A model generated the notes under the pieces. That model did not search any database and was not told the origin of the DNA. It saw nothing but the letters and a program-made list of their open reading frames with translations. Source: Camelus dromedarius (lineage: Eukaryota). From it: DNA of 64,000 nt. The stretch lies in assembly GCF_036321535.1 (NCBI RefSeq), contig NC_087443.1:60760001-60824000 (forward strand), read 5' to 3'. Below are positions 11,761 through 24,640 of the stretch, in pieces (position 1 is the first letter of the stretch; each line of letters starts with the position of its first letter). The position numbers were made by a program, and so were the translations under genes.

Positions 11761-11954
11761 ACGCCAGATTGCCTGGAGTCAGGCAGAGCCCCTGCCACAA
11801 GGATTTGCTCTGTTGATCAGCTGCCCCATGTGCAGGTGACCGATCAGTCAGTACTGAGGCCACCCATGCAGCAGTAGGGTATGGAGCCCTCTATGGGGAC
11901 CAGCACTATTGTGCATGGTTTAGAATCAATCCAATCGGCTACACGAAAAGTTGT

Positions 11955-12085
11955 TCCTTTCTCTGAGCCTCCACTCTCCATCCACAAAATGGGGGTGATA
12001 ACACCTGCCTCACTGTGAAGATGAATGAGAGCACAAGTAAAGCAAACCACGGTGACGGGGATACCATAGCTGCTCAGTAATGTGA
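11955..12085 (+). mobile_element. MIR
   Basis: catccacaaaatgggggtgataacacctgcctcac. Confidence 0.65.
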
Positions 12086-12989
12086 CCTCTCTTCCCCACC
12101 TTTCCCTTCAAAGTGCCTAGCATGCTCTCCTGCACTCTTGGAGTTTTAGCCTTTTCCCTAGAAGTTTCTGGGGGGCACCAATTAGCCCTGGGTCAAGAAA
12201 GGAAGGCACTGTGGTTTCTAGGGCTCTGGGTGTGGTCCCCACTGCACGCTCTTCAGAGTCCCTGAAGGCACATGGTTGAACCTTTGTACCTTCCTCCCTC
12301 CAGCTCTGCCACCTCCCTCTGGTCGCAAGCCAGCTTATCAGAGCAAATACGTCTGACCACCTTGAACCAGCAGGTGCTCCAATGGAGAGGTAGTGGGTGT
12401 CTTGGGTAATGCCCAGGAGCCCTGAGAGTGCGGCAGGGTGCCCAGGCTAGAGGGAGGAGGCTCACCCTACTGTGGAAATCAAGAAAAATTCTAGATGCAT
12501 ATTGACATTAAGAACCTAGAGTCTTGGAAACCTTAAACAAACATATCATCTCCCAAACCATGAAAAAGATCACGCTCCTGGGCTTCCAAGGGGCTTAGAC
12601 ACAGTCCAGTGGATCTAGGAAAACACTGGAAAGGAGGATTCTAGCCCCACACACTCCCCAGTCAAAGACTGACCCAGGCCTGCTGACCTGGACACATACA
12701 TCCTGTGAACGTGCCCCACTCCCCCGTCACACCCTGGAGAGCAAGGCAAAGGTTAACACACACAGTTTGGTTTCCTCTTCCTGGGAAACACTGCAGCCAG
12801 GCAAGGCCAGAGGCCAGCGGCCTCCTCCACACACAGCCTGCAGGGGAAGTGACCCCACCGTTTCCTCCCCGCCATCTGACACACTCACACCTTCCTCTCT
12901 GCTGTGCTCAGCAAAGCTCGACTTTTGACACAAGTCAAATTGCTGTCATTAGGAATTTTGTTGCATAGAGTAGACCGGAACAGTTTTTT

Positions 12990-13500
12990 TCAAGAGCATT
13001 TTGTCAGTCTCTACCCCAAACGTGCATTCTCTTTGACTCAGCAGTTTCACCTCTAAGAATTTATCTACACGAGTGTGTGTGTATGTGTGAGTGTTTATGT
13101 ATATAAAGATGTTCATTGCAGCACTGTTGGAACAGCAAAAAATAAGGAATATTAACTGGCTACCAATTTAAAAAATGGGCAAATTGTGATTCATACACCT
13201 GTTAAAGATAAGGTGAATCTTTCTGTGTCATTAAGCAAAAATATTCACAGTACATTGAGAAAAGAAAAAACAGATTACAAAACAATATGTATAGTACAAT
13301 TAGATTTATTTTGGGGGAGGTGTGTATGGGGGTTTGTGCATGTGCACATATATATGTACACTTTAAAAATCTGGAAAAATGCCACAAACTGATAATCACG
13401 GTTATTTGGGTTAAGGAGAAACAGAATAGTTTCACTTTATACATGTCTGTACTATTTAATTTCTTTTGACTATGCTTGGCTTTCATAATTTAAAACAAGA
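12990..13500 (+). mobile_element. Old LINE-1 (L1ME/MC-like) 3' fragment
   Basis: ctttgactcagcagtttcacctctaagaatttatc ... aaagatgttcattgcagcactgtt. Confidence 0.65.
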
Positions 13501-13679
13501 TTTCTAACTTATAAAACAATTGTGTTCTCTTAGCCTGTCTTCTGGCTACTGCCAGCTCCTAGATATTCTGCTAACATCCAATATGTGCTCATTCTTGGGG
13601 AGCTGCAGGGGAGTCCAAGTTCAACCTTGAGCTCTTGAAGCCAAGGTCTGCAACCCTGTCTACACACGTACCATCACCA

Positions 13680-13815
13680 ACAGTGCTTTAACAACACTGC
13701 CTCCCAGCCCCACCTCATACCATTTAAATCAGAATCTCGGAAGGTGAGGTGGAAACTGGGAGTTTTCAGAACTCCCCAAGTGAGTCTACAGGTTGTTACA
13801 GGTTGAGAACCACTT
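13680..13815. mobile_element. MER5A-like hAT MITE fragment
   Basis: cccagccccacctcataccatttaaatcagaatctc ... ggttgagaaccact. Confidence 0.65.
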
Positions 13816-14149
13816 AAGGTGGGCCAATACGGAAAAGATCACTGGACTAGCTGGGAAAAAAAAAAACTCTTTAAGTAGAAAGCAATACTGTAGTGTAATT
13901 TGTACTATGAAGAGTCAGCTCTGCCTTCAAGAGGTTCTAGTTAGGGAGTTTGTAATCAGTGCTTTTGCTCAAAGTTCTGCCTCCAGGTCTGGAATTCACC
14001 AGTTCAAGTGGGGAGAAGAAAACAAGGAGACAGGGGTACATTCGTTCTGAGCTGTGGCTGTGCCTTCACTTTCTTTGGCCACCTGTGACTGCCCCTGCCT
14101 CCACTGGGCCTGTATCAGCGACTCAGGGGTCAGAGTCCAGCCCTTTTTG

Positions 14150-14425
14150 GCTCCAGGAGGAACAGCTGAAAGAATTAGAGGTGCTGAGCCCAGGGAAGGT
14201 ATTTAAGAGACACACAACAGCTGGTTTCAAATATTTAAAGGACTATCAGTACGGGAGGTTCCACTGCAGTTGTTCCCAAAGGAAGGCGGTGGATAATGAG
14301 CTCAAATGATAGGAAAACAGGAAGAACCTTCCAATGGGAGTTGTCCAAGGATGGAAGGGGCTGTCATGTGAAGTAATGGGACCGTCAGGGCAGGAGGTGA
14401 GTGACCACCTATCTGTGATGAGACT
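14150..14425 (+). mobile_element. L3/CR1 LINE relic (end of ORF2)
   Basis: Translation EEQLKELEVLSPGK...TAGFKYLKD resembles CR1 [30 protein letters not shown]; downstream gttgtccaaggatggaaggggctgtc is also L3-like. Confidence 0.7.
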
Positions 14426-14799
14426 GGGAAACCCCCTCCCACTCAGCCCTCCAACTCCCAACCCAAAAGGCCAGACACTTAGAAAGTTTCAGCAAAATAC
14501 ATTGGGAATATAGCTTCTTTAACAAAAAGTTTTCTGCTCTCAACAAACACATCCCAAGCACTAGCTGAGTGTCAATGTCTGTACTAGTGCTGGACACACC
14601 AGCAGTGAGCCAGCCAGGCTGTCCCCATGGAGCATCAGACACATGTAAGATCATTTCTGACAGTGCAGTGACCGAAACTGACTGCAAGGGAGGTGGCTTC
14701 TTCAGCCAGATGATCAGGGAAGGCCTCTCTCAGGAGGAAATGTTTGAACTGAGAAAATGCAAATGAGCCAGCTGGGGAGGTGGGTGGGACTTCAGTTTG

Positions 14800-16020
14800 A
14801 CTCAATCCAAAATTGGAAGGAAACCCTACCGCACATCATATATGAAAATTAACAAAATGGGTCATATACCTCAACATGAGCCATAAAATTATAAAAGTCT
14901 TAGAAGAAAACATAGGCACGAATCTTCATGACCTTGGACTAGTCAATGCCTTCTAAGATATGACACCAAAAATACACAATCAAAAAAAGAAATAGATAAA
15001 TTGGACTTCATAAATACTAAAAGCTTCTGTGCTTCAAAGGATATCAGCAAAAAAGTAAAAAGACAATCTATAGAATGGGAGAAGATATTTGCAAATCATG
15101 TATCTGATAAGGGACTTGTGTCTAGATTATAAAAAGAACTCTTTCAACTCAATATAAAAATAAATAAATAACCCAACTTAAAAATGGGCAAAGGATCTGA
15201 ATAGACTTCTCTCCAAAGAAGATGCACAAATGGCCAATAAACACAAGAAGAGCTGCTCAACATCATTAGCCATCAAGGAAATGCAAATCAAAACTATAAT
15301 AAAGTACCATTTCACATTCACTAGGATGGCTATAATTAGACAGATAAGAATGTGTTGACAAGGATGTAGAGTGATTGAAACCTCCATACGTTGCTGGTGG
15401 CAATGCAAAATAGTGTGCAACTGCTTTGGAAAGCAGTCTGACAGTTCTTCAAATAGTTAAACATAGACTGACCATATGACCCAGCAAATGTATTCCAAGG
15501 TATCTACCCAAGAGGAATGAAAACTCATGTCCACACAAAAACTTGTATGTGAAGGTTCATAGCAGCACTGTATTACAAACTATTATATTTACTACATAAT
15601 AATCAAAAAGTGAAAACAACCCAAATGTCCACCAACTAATGAGTGGATAAATAAAATGATGTATATAGCCATACAATGGAATATTATCCAGTAATAAAAA
15701 GGAATGAACCTTGAAAAGATGCTTAAATGAAAGAAGCCAGACACAAAAGGCCACATTTTATATGATTCCATTTATGTGAAAATGCCAGAAAAGGCCAATC
15801 TATAGTGACAGAAATAGATTAGTGGTTGCCTAGGGCTGAGGGTGACACTGGAAGAAATGGGGAGTGACTGCTAATGGGATTACTTTTGGGGATGATGAAA
15901 TTGACTGTGGTGAAGGTTCCCCATTATTTGTGAAAATACTAAAACCCATTGAATTGTATGCTTTAAAATGAGTGAATTGTATGATATGTGAATTATATCT
16001 CAATAAAGCTGTTTTTAAAA
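14800..16020 (+). mobile_element. LINE-1 (L1MB-like) 3' fragment
   Basis: tagaagaaaacatagg, ctcaacatcattagccatcaaggaaatgcaaatcaaaac and accatatgacccagcaa; ends tatatctcaataaagctgtttttaaaa. Confidence 0.92.
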
Positions 16021-17014
16021 TATTAGAAGGGAAAAGATGTCACTCTCAGTTAAGGAGTTCTTGCCAGAAAGGGCTCCATCTCTCCATTCTTTCAGCCTGT
16101 CTAATTTCTCCAAGGTCCAGTCAAGACGTACCACCTCCTGGAAGCCTCCCTGGACTGCCTCAGCCCTGTTTCTCCCTCTGCCCCTTCATCCAGGGCACAG
16201 CAAGGTTGTGTAGGTAGGGGTCTTGTCACATCCATTAGTCCTGGAGGAAACAATCCCAGGCCTCTGTGACTCCCAGGGGGCAGACCACCAGCACTGCACA
16301 TAGAAGGTGTACCTGGCTAATTAAGGAGAAAGCCTGGTTTAAAATGCACCTGACTACCCAGGCTCAGCAAGAAGAGACCGGGTCCTCTTCCAAAGATGAC
16401 TAGAAAGAAATAAAGCCGGAAACACCCCGCTCTCTTTGCCTGGAGAGTTCGCTGGCCGCGGCAAAGCCTGGCGTGCAGTAAAACTTTCCCAATCAAGCAG
16501 CAAAACTGGGAACGCCATCAGCTCCTGTTTGGCTTCCAGGACAGGGAAACTGCACTTAAAATCCACTAACCCTGCTCTGACCTTGGAAACGCCCACAGAG
16601 TAATTGCAGAACTAGGTGAATCTGCTCACCTGCCCTAGAAACATGTTTCTCCATCTGCTCATGGTCCTGACCCTGGAGTTTGGCCCAATCTCCTTTCATC
16701 TGATCCTATGCAGCCCTTGCCCTCCTCCAGGCCTCATAACCTCTCTGCCCATAGTCTTCTGCCCCTTTTCCAAAACCGAGAAGGGCACCCATAGCTAAAG
16801 CACTCACTTCAGCACCGGAGACCCAGACTGCCAATTTCACATGTAGCCATTCCCCAGACCTGTTCCCAGGTCTGTCCTCAACTGGGTCACAAACTCCTTG
16901 AAAGCAAATGTTTTATCCCGACTCTTATTTTCCTTACAATATATAAGGATATTGGGCAGGTGGTAGGTCCTCAATAAAGACATGTCATTTCTGTCTGATA
17001 AAATTCAGTTCAGT

Positions 17015-17340
17015 TCTGTAAAGAAGTATTGAGTGCTGAGCTCCACACTAGACACGGGCAACCCAGAGTCAAATAAAATATAGTCCTGGCCCCAGGGGAG
17101 CTCCTGGACTGGTGAGAAAGAGTGGCATTAATGGATAATTTGCTTTGGAGGCTAGACTGAGACATGTGCATGATCCTGGGGGAACACAGAGGAGAGGCAC
17201 CAAGCCAAGACGGCTTCCTGGAGGAGGTGATGCTGGAGGTGAGGGAAGGGTGAAAGATGAAAGTTAGCTGGGCAAAGAGGTGAGTGTGGGTGAGGGTGGT
17301 GGTGGTGGGAGGGCGTCTTAAGCAGAAGAAAAGGCATAGA
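17015..17340 (-). mobile_element. L2 fragment
   Basis: gtattgagtgctgagctccacactagacac ... ggcttcctggaggaggtgatgctgg. Confidence 0.7.
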
Positions 17341-18744
17341 CCAAGGCTGGGAGGGGTGGTGCCTAATAGCCTGAGCTGGGTAGAGAACCAAGAGCAGCTG
17401 GAGTGACTGCAGCTCCTAAGAACCTAAGGCAGTGAGTGGCACAAGGTGAGTGAAGGGTCCCTGGCTCTGAGGCTGGAGGGAAAGATGGGGGCAGGGAGAG
17501 TAGGAAGGGAAGAAAGCAGAGAAACAGAGGTCAAGCTGAAGTGTTTTTCGGGTGGGAAACGTGGAATGGTTTGGGATTGGAGAGGGAGGGAAAACAGGTG
17601 TGGGGAGAGCTCAGGACTGAGGGGGGAAGAGACAAGGATGGAGGAGCCCAGGAGGACCAGGCGCAGATGATGAGAATCAGAGCAGGGAAATGGGGTCTTG
17701 GAAGGAGCACTTGGAGACTGAGAAATCCTGCCCCAAGAGCACTGGGACCCCAGGCGGACCACAGTCAGGATGCAACAGAATGGCTAGGACAGAGCTCAGA
17801 GTTGGGAATAAGGACACCCCAGTTCCTGGCAGGGCATGGGGTGCCTTGCTGCTCGCTGGTAGACAGCACAAAGATTGACACCTAGAGAAGGTCGATGCAG
17901 GGAAAGCGGACACAGCTCTGCAAAAGGAGAGGGATCAAGCCTGGAAGTCAGAGGCTTTGTTTTCTGCTCTCTTAGTTCACAGGCTCCAGATCCAAGAGCC
18001 AACTTTATAAACCTCCCCTCTCTCCCCTAAACTTGGCTCAGAGGACAGAGCCATTTGTGATGAAGAAAGAGGGTAGCAGGTCACCTCTATTGAGCCCCTG
18101 ACCCACTTCTCTGGCCTGCTGTGTGGCCAGAGGAGACCCCTTTTCTCTGCCACAGCCGACTCCAGGACGTCATTTGCTCCAGGGTCCCCTCGGGGAAGAG
18201 GCAGAGGGACCTGCCAAGCCGGCTGGAGAAGAGCCTCGCACAGCGGCCAGGGAAGCCTGCCAGAGGCTGCATCTGGCTGGGCTTCCCGCACCGATTCCCC
18301 ATCTGGCCAAGGCTTGGAGGTGAGAGGAGAAACACACAGCCGGCCTCCTCCCCCAGCGCCCCCCAAAGTCACGTCATCCAGGCATTCCCACTGGGAGGGT
18401 GGCCCCCTCCCTCTGACCTCAGCCTGTTTCACTTGGCCAGAGCCCACCCCCAGGGAGCAGACCCCCTACCCACACCCTCGCTCACACCCAGGCCCATGCA
18501 GGGAAAGGCGTGAGCTATAGATTCCAGCCCTCCCAGGCCACACACCGAAGCCCCTCCCAGCCCTGTCTTCTGAGATGCCAGCTGGGCTGCAGAGTGGGGC
18601 TGGGGGCTGGGACGCTTGGCCAGAACACTGCAGGCTCCTCGTCCATCATCTTCCACTCTCTACATGGACTCTCCCTCCAGCTTAAACCAAGGCGTCAGGT
18701 CTGGGGAGAAAAGACAGGCAGGTCCAATGGGTGGCGTCCAACAG

Positions 18745-18955
18745 CTTCCGGTACTAAATCCTAGCTTTGCCTCTTATGTGGTGTAAGAAAAATTGGTGCA
18801 TAAATTATCTCATTTCTCTGAACTTCCATTTCCTCACCTGTAAACTGAGGGTAATAAGACATGCCTTGGACGGTTTGAGTGATGATTAAATGGGAAAACG
18901 TATCCAAAATGCTTAGCAAACGCCTGGCCTGCAGCAAACACACAATGTCTGGTAG
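18745..18955 (+). mobile_element. MIR
   Basis: tttcctcacctgtaaactgagggtaataag ... gattaaatggg. Confidence 0.75.
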
Positions 18956-19699
18956 TTCCTTCCTTTTATTTCCCAGCCTCCTCCAGCGGCAGTGCCTAAG
19001 GCTTGGCCCCACCTGCCCGATCGCCATCAGCTGGCTCCAAACACAAGAGGTAAATGTGTTATTGTTATTTTCCTATTGACTTCATTTTTCTTATTTATTT
19101 TGGTACTTACTTATCCTGGGAGATAGACAACTTTTCTGGGTGTTTTACATACTGCGCACAAAAGCAACTTTGGTAAATTTGCTATTTGAAATATACTCTC
19201 CTCTAACGGGGTGCTTCCTATGTAGATATAACCCCTAGCAGCCCAAGTTCCCCACAGACATACTTAGGTTCTCCCTGGCATCCTGCCATGCCCCCCACTC
19301 CCTTAATCCCAAAAGCAGTGCATCCGCCACCAAGCCCCCCACCCAGCTGTCCAATCACAAGCTCTGCCCTGATGCACGGCCTGGCATTGAGCGGGGAGAG
19401 GAGCAGCACTTTCCTGCCTGTTAAGGATGAGAACTCCAGGAAGCTCACAGCAAGCCCCGGGCAGCCCCTGGGGTGGGGGCAGCAAAGAGGCTCACTTCCA
19501 ACTCACAGCCCCAGAGGAAACTGATCTAAACACCACCAAGCCCACCCACCTACCCAGGGAACAATCCTCTAAATCCAAACTAGTGAGTTGAACCACCCAA
19601 CAGAAAAAATTTTCATGTGCCAAGAATGTAAATAGGCATCTACCGAAAAAGAAGTACAAAAGATTAATCCCTCCATGGAAAGACACTCAACCTCACGAG

Positions 19700-19980
19700 T
19701 AATTGAAAAAGAAATCAGAACTACAAGATATTCTGTTTCTTTAGCTGACTGGCAAAACATTCAAGTTTGGTGGGTCCCAGTGCTAATGAAGGTACGAGGA
19801 AACAGACGCGTCTCGTACGCTGTAGGAGGGGAGTGAGTTCTTTTAGGAGGGCCATTTGCCAGTATACATCAAAATGAGAAAAGCAAACTCTTTGACACAC
19901 CAACTCCCCTGCTAGAAATTTATCCAGGGGATAAACTCACAAAAGTGTGTCAAGTTACGTGTTCAAGGCTGTTTTAGGCA
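19700..19980 (+). mobile_element. Old LINE-1 fragment
   Basis: ggagggccatttgccagtatacatcaaaatg ... ccaactcccctgctagaaatttatcc. Confidence 0.6.
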
Positions 19981-22574
19981 ATATCCATCAAGTTGTTCTG
20001 GGACAGCCTCAAAATTAAGTATTTTGCAATTATCATCCCTAGAGCAAGGTCTTCTAGTTTTGCCCAAAGGGAGGTCATGCCAAGGAAGAAGAGAAAGTTA
20101 TGAGAGAATCAGTCCTTTTGTATAAACAGTCTTTAAGGCAGTACTGACTTTGTCTAAGAAAGTGTTATTCCCTACCATGCTTCTATTGGTCTGGCTTTAA
20201 CCATTCCCTACCAGGACTGGACACCTGGTCCTGGTCGGCCACATCACAGAGAACTGCAACTTTCATGGCACCTGAGGAAAGGACAGAAGCCACCCGAACA
20301 AGGGCCAAGTAGGCTCCATGCTGGAGGCAGCCATACATACATAAGCTCAGGGGACACATACACCAAACCTGAGCATGGGTACGAGTTGGGTCCCCAACAG
20401 ATAGAAAAAGATGCTAAGGTTCAGAGAGAGAGTAAGTGACTTGACCAGGTCACATAGCCAGGATACACTAGGCTTGGATTCCAATCCCTATGTTCTTTCC
20501 CACCTTATGGTGCAGCCTCAGGCCAGGAAAGTGGAGGGAGCTTGGGGATGGGAGGCAGGGAGGAGCCTGCAGAAGCAGCTGAGCCGAGGGAAGAGGGGCC
20601 AGCGGGCAGGGGGTAGGCCTTGGCTGGGACAGCCAAGCCAGGCCAGTCAGCTAGCCAAGGCCTTACTCCCCACTGGAGTGATGAGAAAAGACATCTCAGC
20701 ACCCACACTGCCACTCTCCACCTGGGAGTGCTCTCCTATGCTGTCCCCTGCCAGCTGATGCCCACTCCCTGTCCCCTAAGAGGAAGCTCATGGGTCTGTG
20801 GGGCTATTTTGAAAGACTGAAGCCTGTGGACTGTACCCAATATGGCACTCTCCCACTGACATTCAAGGACCAGACATCCACCCCTTCTGCGGAACCCAGC
20901 AGAGGACAGAGGAGACATCCAGCAGGTCCCATGGGCAGGGAGGGCAGGGTGGAGTTTGGTTCTGACAGTGGCTTTGGCCAACTCATTTCATCCCTGTGGA
21001 CCTCAGTTTCCTTATTTTTGAAATGGGAAGACAAGGGAAAGGGCAGAGGTGGGATATGACCGCTGGTATCTCCCTCAGCTTCTAACATTCTGTGTTCTCT
21101 GGGCTTTCCTATGACTGGGGAGGTTTCCAGAGCATGGGCTGGGCCAAGTGCAAGGGGAAGGGGACTTGGAGTTGGAAGCTGGGGTTGGTGTCCAGTTTGG
21201 TCGCCGTGACTCGGGGACCTTGGGCTCAGAAGAGCTCAGGTTCTAGAGGACGTTCTAGGTATCAAGCGAACACTCAGTGAGGCTGAAAACAGACTGCTAG
21301 TGTGGTGGATGACCACCCATCCTGTCCCCAGCCCCAGGCCCGGAGGCCCTGACATCATCTCCTTCATGGATACAAATGGGAATCTCAACAGAGAACCAAG
21401 GGAGCAAGTGATGTCCCTGAGTTTCAACCACACCTGGAAAGGGCCAGTGTCAGCCAATCAGAGAACAAGAGAATCAGACTTTCAGGGCCAGGAAGGACCC
21501 TGATAGGTCACTGAGCCCTGCCCTGTGCTTGCATACGTTCAGAGGCAACGGGGCAGTGACCAATAAGGCAGTCTGAGCAATCTCTGGGCATCTGACCATC
21601 CAAACACCTGTCCTTATATTGATTTGAATCTACTTCTTGCTAACTCCTGCCCATACCCACCAGTTCTGTGCCTGGGGCCAGAGAGGACGGATCAAACTCC
21701 TCTCCTGAAGGAGGGCATTTCATACACCCCTTCTCCTAGCATCTCCTCTGCTCTGGGCCAGCCTCCCCACTTCCTCCTGTTGCTCCCCATGACCAGTCTT
21801 GTGTCTTCCAGCATCAGGCTGTCTTCCTTGGACCCCGCTCTTAGACGGTGTGCCTGGGAGCCAGACCCACCCCTCCAGGTGCAGACAGAGAGGGCAGAAT
21901 GCAAGCAGACTCTCACCACCTCTTCCCTTTAAATTTTCCAGACCCTGATCTTCTGAGTGTGATCTAAGATCCGTGAATTCTGTGAATGTGCACCCAGGAT
22001 TGGAGAGTCACTCATACTGCTGATTTCTGCTGAACTCAGGCAACCCAAACCCTGATACATCACACTCTAGCTTCTGTGAAAACCAGACCTCCCACTGCCA
22101 GCACCAGGGCCAATGGTTGCTTGGATTAAAACACGTTACATTTATGCCTATTCAATTCCAATCTTCTTCAAGGCATTTTTGGAAGCTGGCTTGTTTTCTG
22201 AAGCACTCTTTCCCCTCATCCCGGGGTCACCTATAAATGTGAGCAGGATGACCAAAATCCCATCCAGGTCATTGACATCTTTGGCCAGAGACAGAGAACA
22301 GAGCCCTGTGGAACAGCCCTAGAGACTCTCCTTCAGGTCAGCACTGACACACTTAGCTCAGTTCTGTATGAAGCTGAGAACAGGTGGGCTCCTGGATAAA
22401 TCACAGTTGTATACACAGATTCTCTTATTTTTCAAACTATAAGAGGAACTCCCTATACAAAACCTCATCAGTAAGTTTTTTCATAAAACAAGAAACCCTC
22501 CTGTAAACTAAACAAATTACAAATGACCTGTTTGGCACACCCAGCATTTCATGAACTCTAGCTTATAAAGACGC

Positions 22575-22780
22575 CTGCATGTGCTCAGGTTTCACCATGT
22601 GCCAGACTCCAGGCTGAGCATCTCAGGCAGAAGGCCTGTCAGTGGCATCCTCACTCCTATCTTGCAAGCAAGGGCACCTGGGCTTGGAGAGGTCACATGA
22701 CTCACTGAAGGTCACACGGATGTAAACCCGGATGCACAGCCAGGGCTGTCTGACTCCAAAACTTCTCTTTCCACTGTACG
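22575..22780 (-). mobile_element. MIR
   Basis: ggcttggagaggtcacatgactcactgaaggtcacac ... gtctgactccaaa. Confidence 0.65.
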
Positions 22781-23018
22781 ATGCTGGCTCTCAGGTTTCC
22801 TTAAAGAAGGCTCCACTTGGTTATGTCCTTTCTCTGGACTGAGCCCAGAAACCTCATCCCAGGCCCTCAGTGGGCTCCCCAGCTCCCTCCTGTGATCAGA
22901 TTGTTTCAGACCTGCCGGGAACCTGGCCAGCCTTGGGAAACAGAGAGGAGTCCAGGGTTTTGGCAGAACTGGCTCCTAATGTTGGGATTTTATTCCTAGG
23001 GACCCCAATCCCTTTGGG

Positions 23019-23062
23019 TGCCCCAGGCACACTTATGCCCCAGGCACACTTATGCCCCAGGC
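23019..23062. repeat. 17-bp tandem repeat, 2.6 copies
   Basis: Unit tgccccaggcacactta with perfect identity between copies. Confidence 0.9.
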
Positions 23063-23169
23063 CTAAGTTCAGGAGAAAATGGCATTCCTGGGCCTCACCT
23101 AACTACCCATAAATTGGGTATTACAAGGAAAACAGGGAACTGCCCTCACGGGGTTGTCACAAGGATCCA

Positions 23170-23485
23170 GGAACACCTTACTCCCTCCCACCACTGAGCC
23201 TTTGCCAAATGTTTTTCCCTCTGCTCGGAACACCCTTCTGCCTCCTTCCAAATTTGCAGAGCTGCCTCCTGTGCATGCTTCGTAGCATCCTGTCCCTTTC
23301 CTGACTTCAGTCCACTGCTGCACGGCCACTCGTGAGACTCTGGTTAGAGCCGGCCATCCCAGCCAGTCTGTAAGCTCCCTCCTCTCCTGAAGTGTAATTG
23401 TTCTGATTCATCCAGGAATGTGCAGCACCTGACATGGTGCCTGGCACACAGAAGGCAATGAATAGATGCTTGTTGGATGAATGAA
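23170..23485 (+). mobile_element. L2 3' portion
   Basis: gagcctttgccaaatgtttttccctctgctcggaac ... tggtgcctggcacacagaaggcaatgaatagatgcttgttggatgaatgaa. Confidence 0.75.
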
Positions 23486-24064
23486 AGATCAGATGAGAAA
23501 ACAGACATGGGCATGCTTTTCTCAAGGCCACCATGGCTGAGCCAGCGCCAGGGTTCTGCACGGCCAGCATCAGGCAACCAGGAGATGCTGCCTGGAGGGG
23601 ACTGGGGGCCCGTGAAAGGTGTGTTTCAGATTGGGCAGGAGGTAGGGAGAAATGGAGAGCACAGAAGTGATGGGATGAATCCAGTTCCTTCCAAATGAGG
23701 ATGTCCCACGGCTCATCTGTCATCCAGACAGGTCCCCACCCTTTGCGGATGACCACATCTAATGAATTACCATGGGAGCCTGAGGTGGAGGCGGGCTGGG
23801 AGGGGGACGGCACCTCCCGGGAACCAAGGAAACTTGGCCCTCAGCAGTCACTACACGTCATTGGCTGTAACATGGAGGCCATGGATTTGGGGCAGTGATG
23901 AAAGAGGGGCTGGTGGAATTCCTGCTGTTCCCAGGTCCACCTTCTCTTCTGCTCCCCGCAGCCCGCATCTCCCCTTACCCTGTCCTCTCTCTCTTCTCTC
24001 CTCTCCCCTCTCCCCTCCCCTCTAAGGTCCTCCCTTCCTGACAACTCTACTAAAGTAAAGTGGA

Positions 24065-24260
24065 ATGTGCTTTGGAGTTAAACGTGTGAGTCTGAGCCCA
24101 GATCGACCATCCATGAGCTATGTGGTGCTGGACAAGTGACAAAACTTCTCTGAGCCTTGGTCCTGTATTTGTAAAATGAACCTCACGGGGTTGCTGTGAA
24201 AATTAAAAGCGGTCATGGATACAAGGCACGTTAGCACAGAGTCCAGCACATGGTACACAT
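24065..24260 (+). mobile_element. MIR
   Basis: ctctgagccttggtcctgtatttgtaaaatg ... gggttgctgtgaaaattaaa. Confidence 0.75.
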
Positions 24261-24414
24261 CCTGAGTCCTTTCCAGCCCCTCCCTAGAACTCTCCTGGAG
24301 TTTCTGGTACCTAGTTATCTTTCCACACGAGGAAATGTTCTCTCTACACCTAAACCATGAGGGTTTTGAATGCAGGACTGTGTCTTGGCCATTTCTGCAC
24401 AGTCCTCAGAGAGA

Positions 24415-24640
24415 GAGAGCAGTTGAAAGCCTGGGTCTAGGTGTGAATTCCAGCCCTGCCACATACTGTCCGTGTGACCATGGGCAAACAGTCCTATGCC
24501 ACAAGAGCCTCTGTTTCCTCATCTGTAAAATGGGGGTAACAAAAGTGGCTGCTATTAGTTCTGCCTTTGTAGAGGGCTGGTGGGAGGCTTACAGGAAGGC
24601 CTATGTGTACTGAGTTTTACACAGTCTCTGGCATAGAAAT
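24415..24640 (+). mobile_element. MIR
   Basis: cctctgtttcctcatctgtaaaatgggggtaac. Confidence 0.75.
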
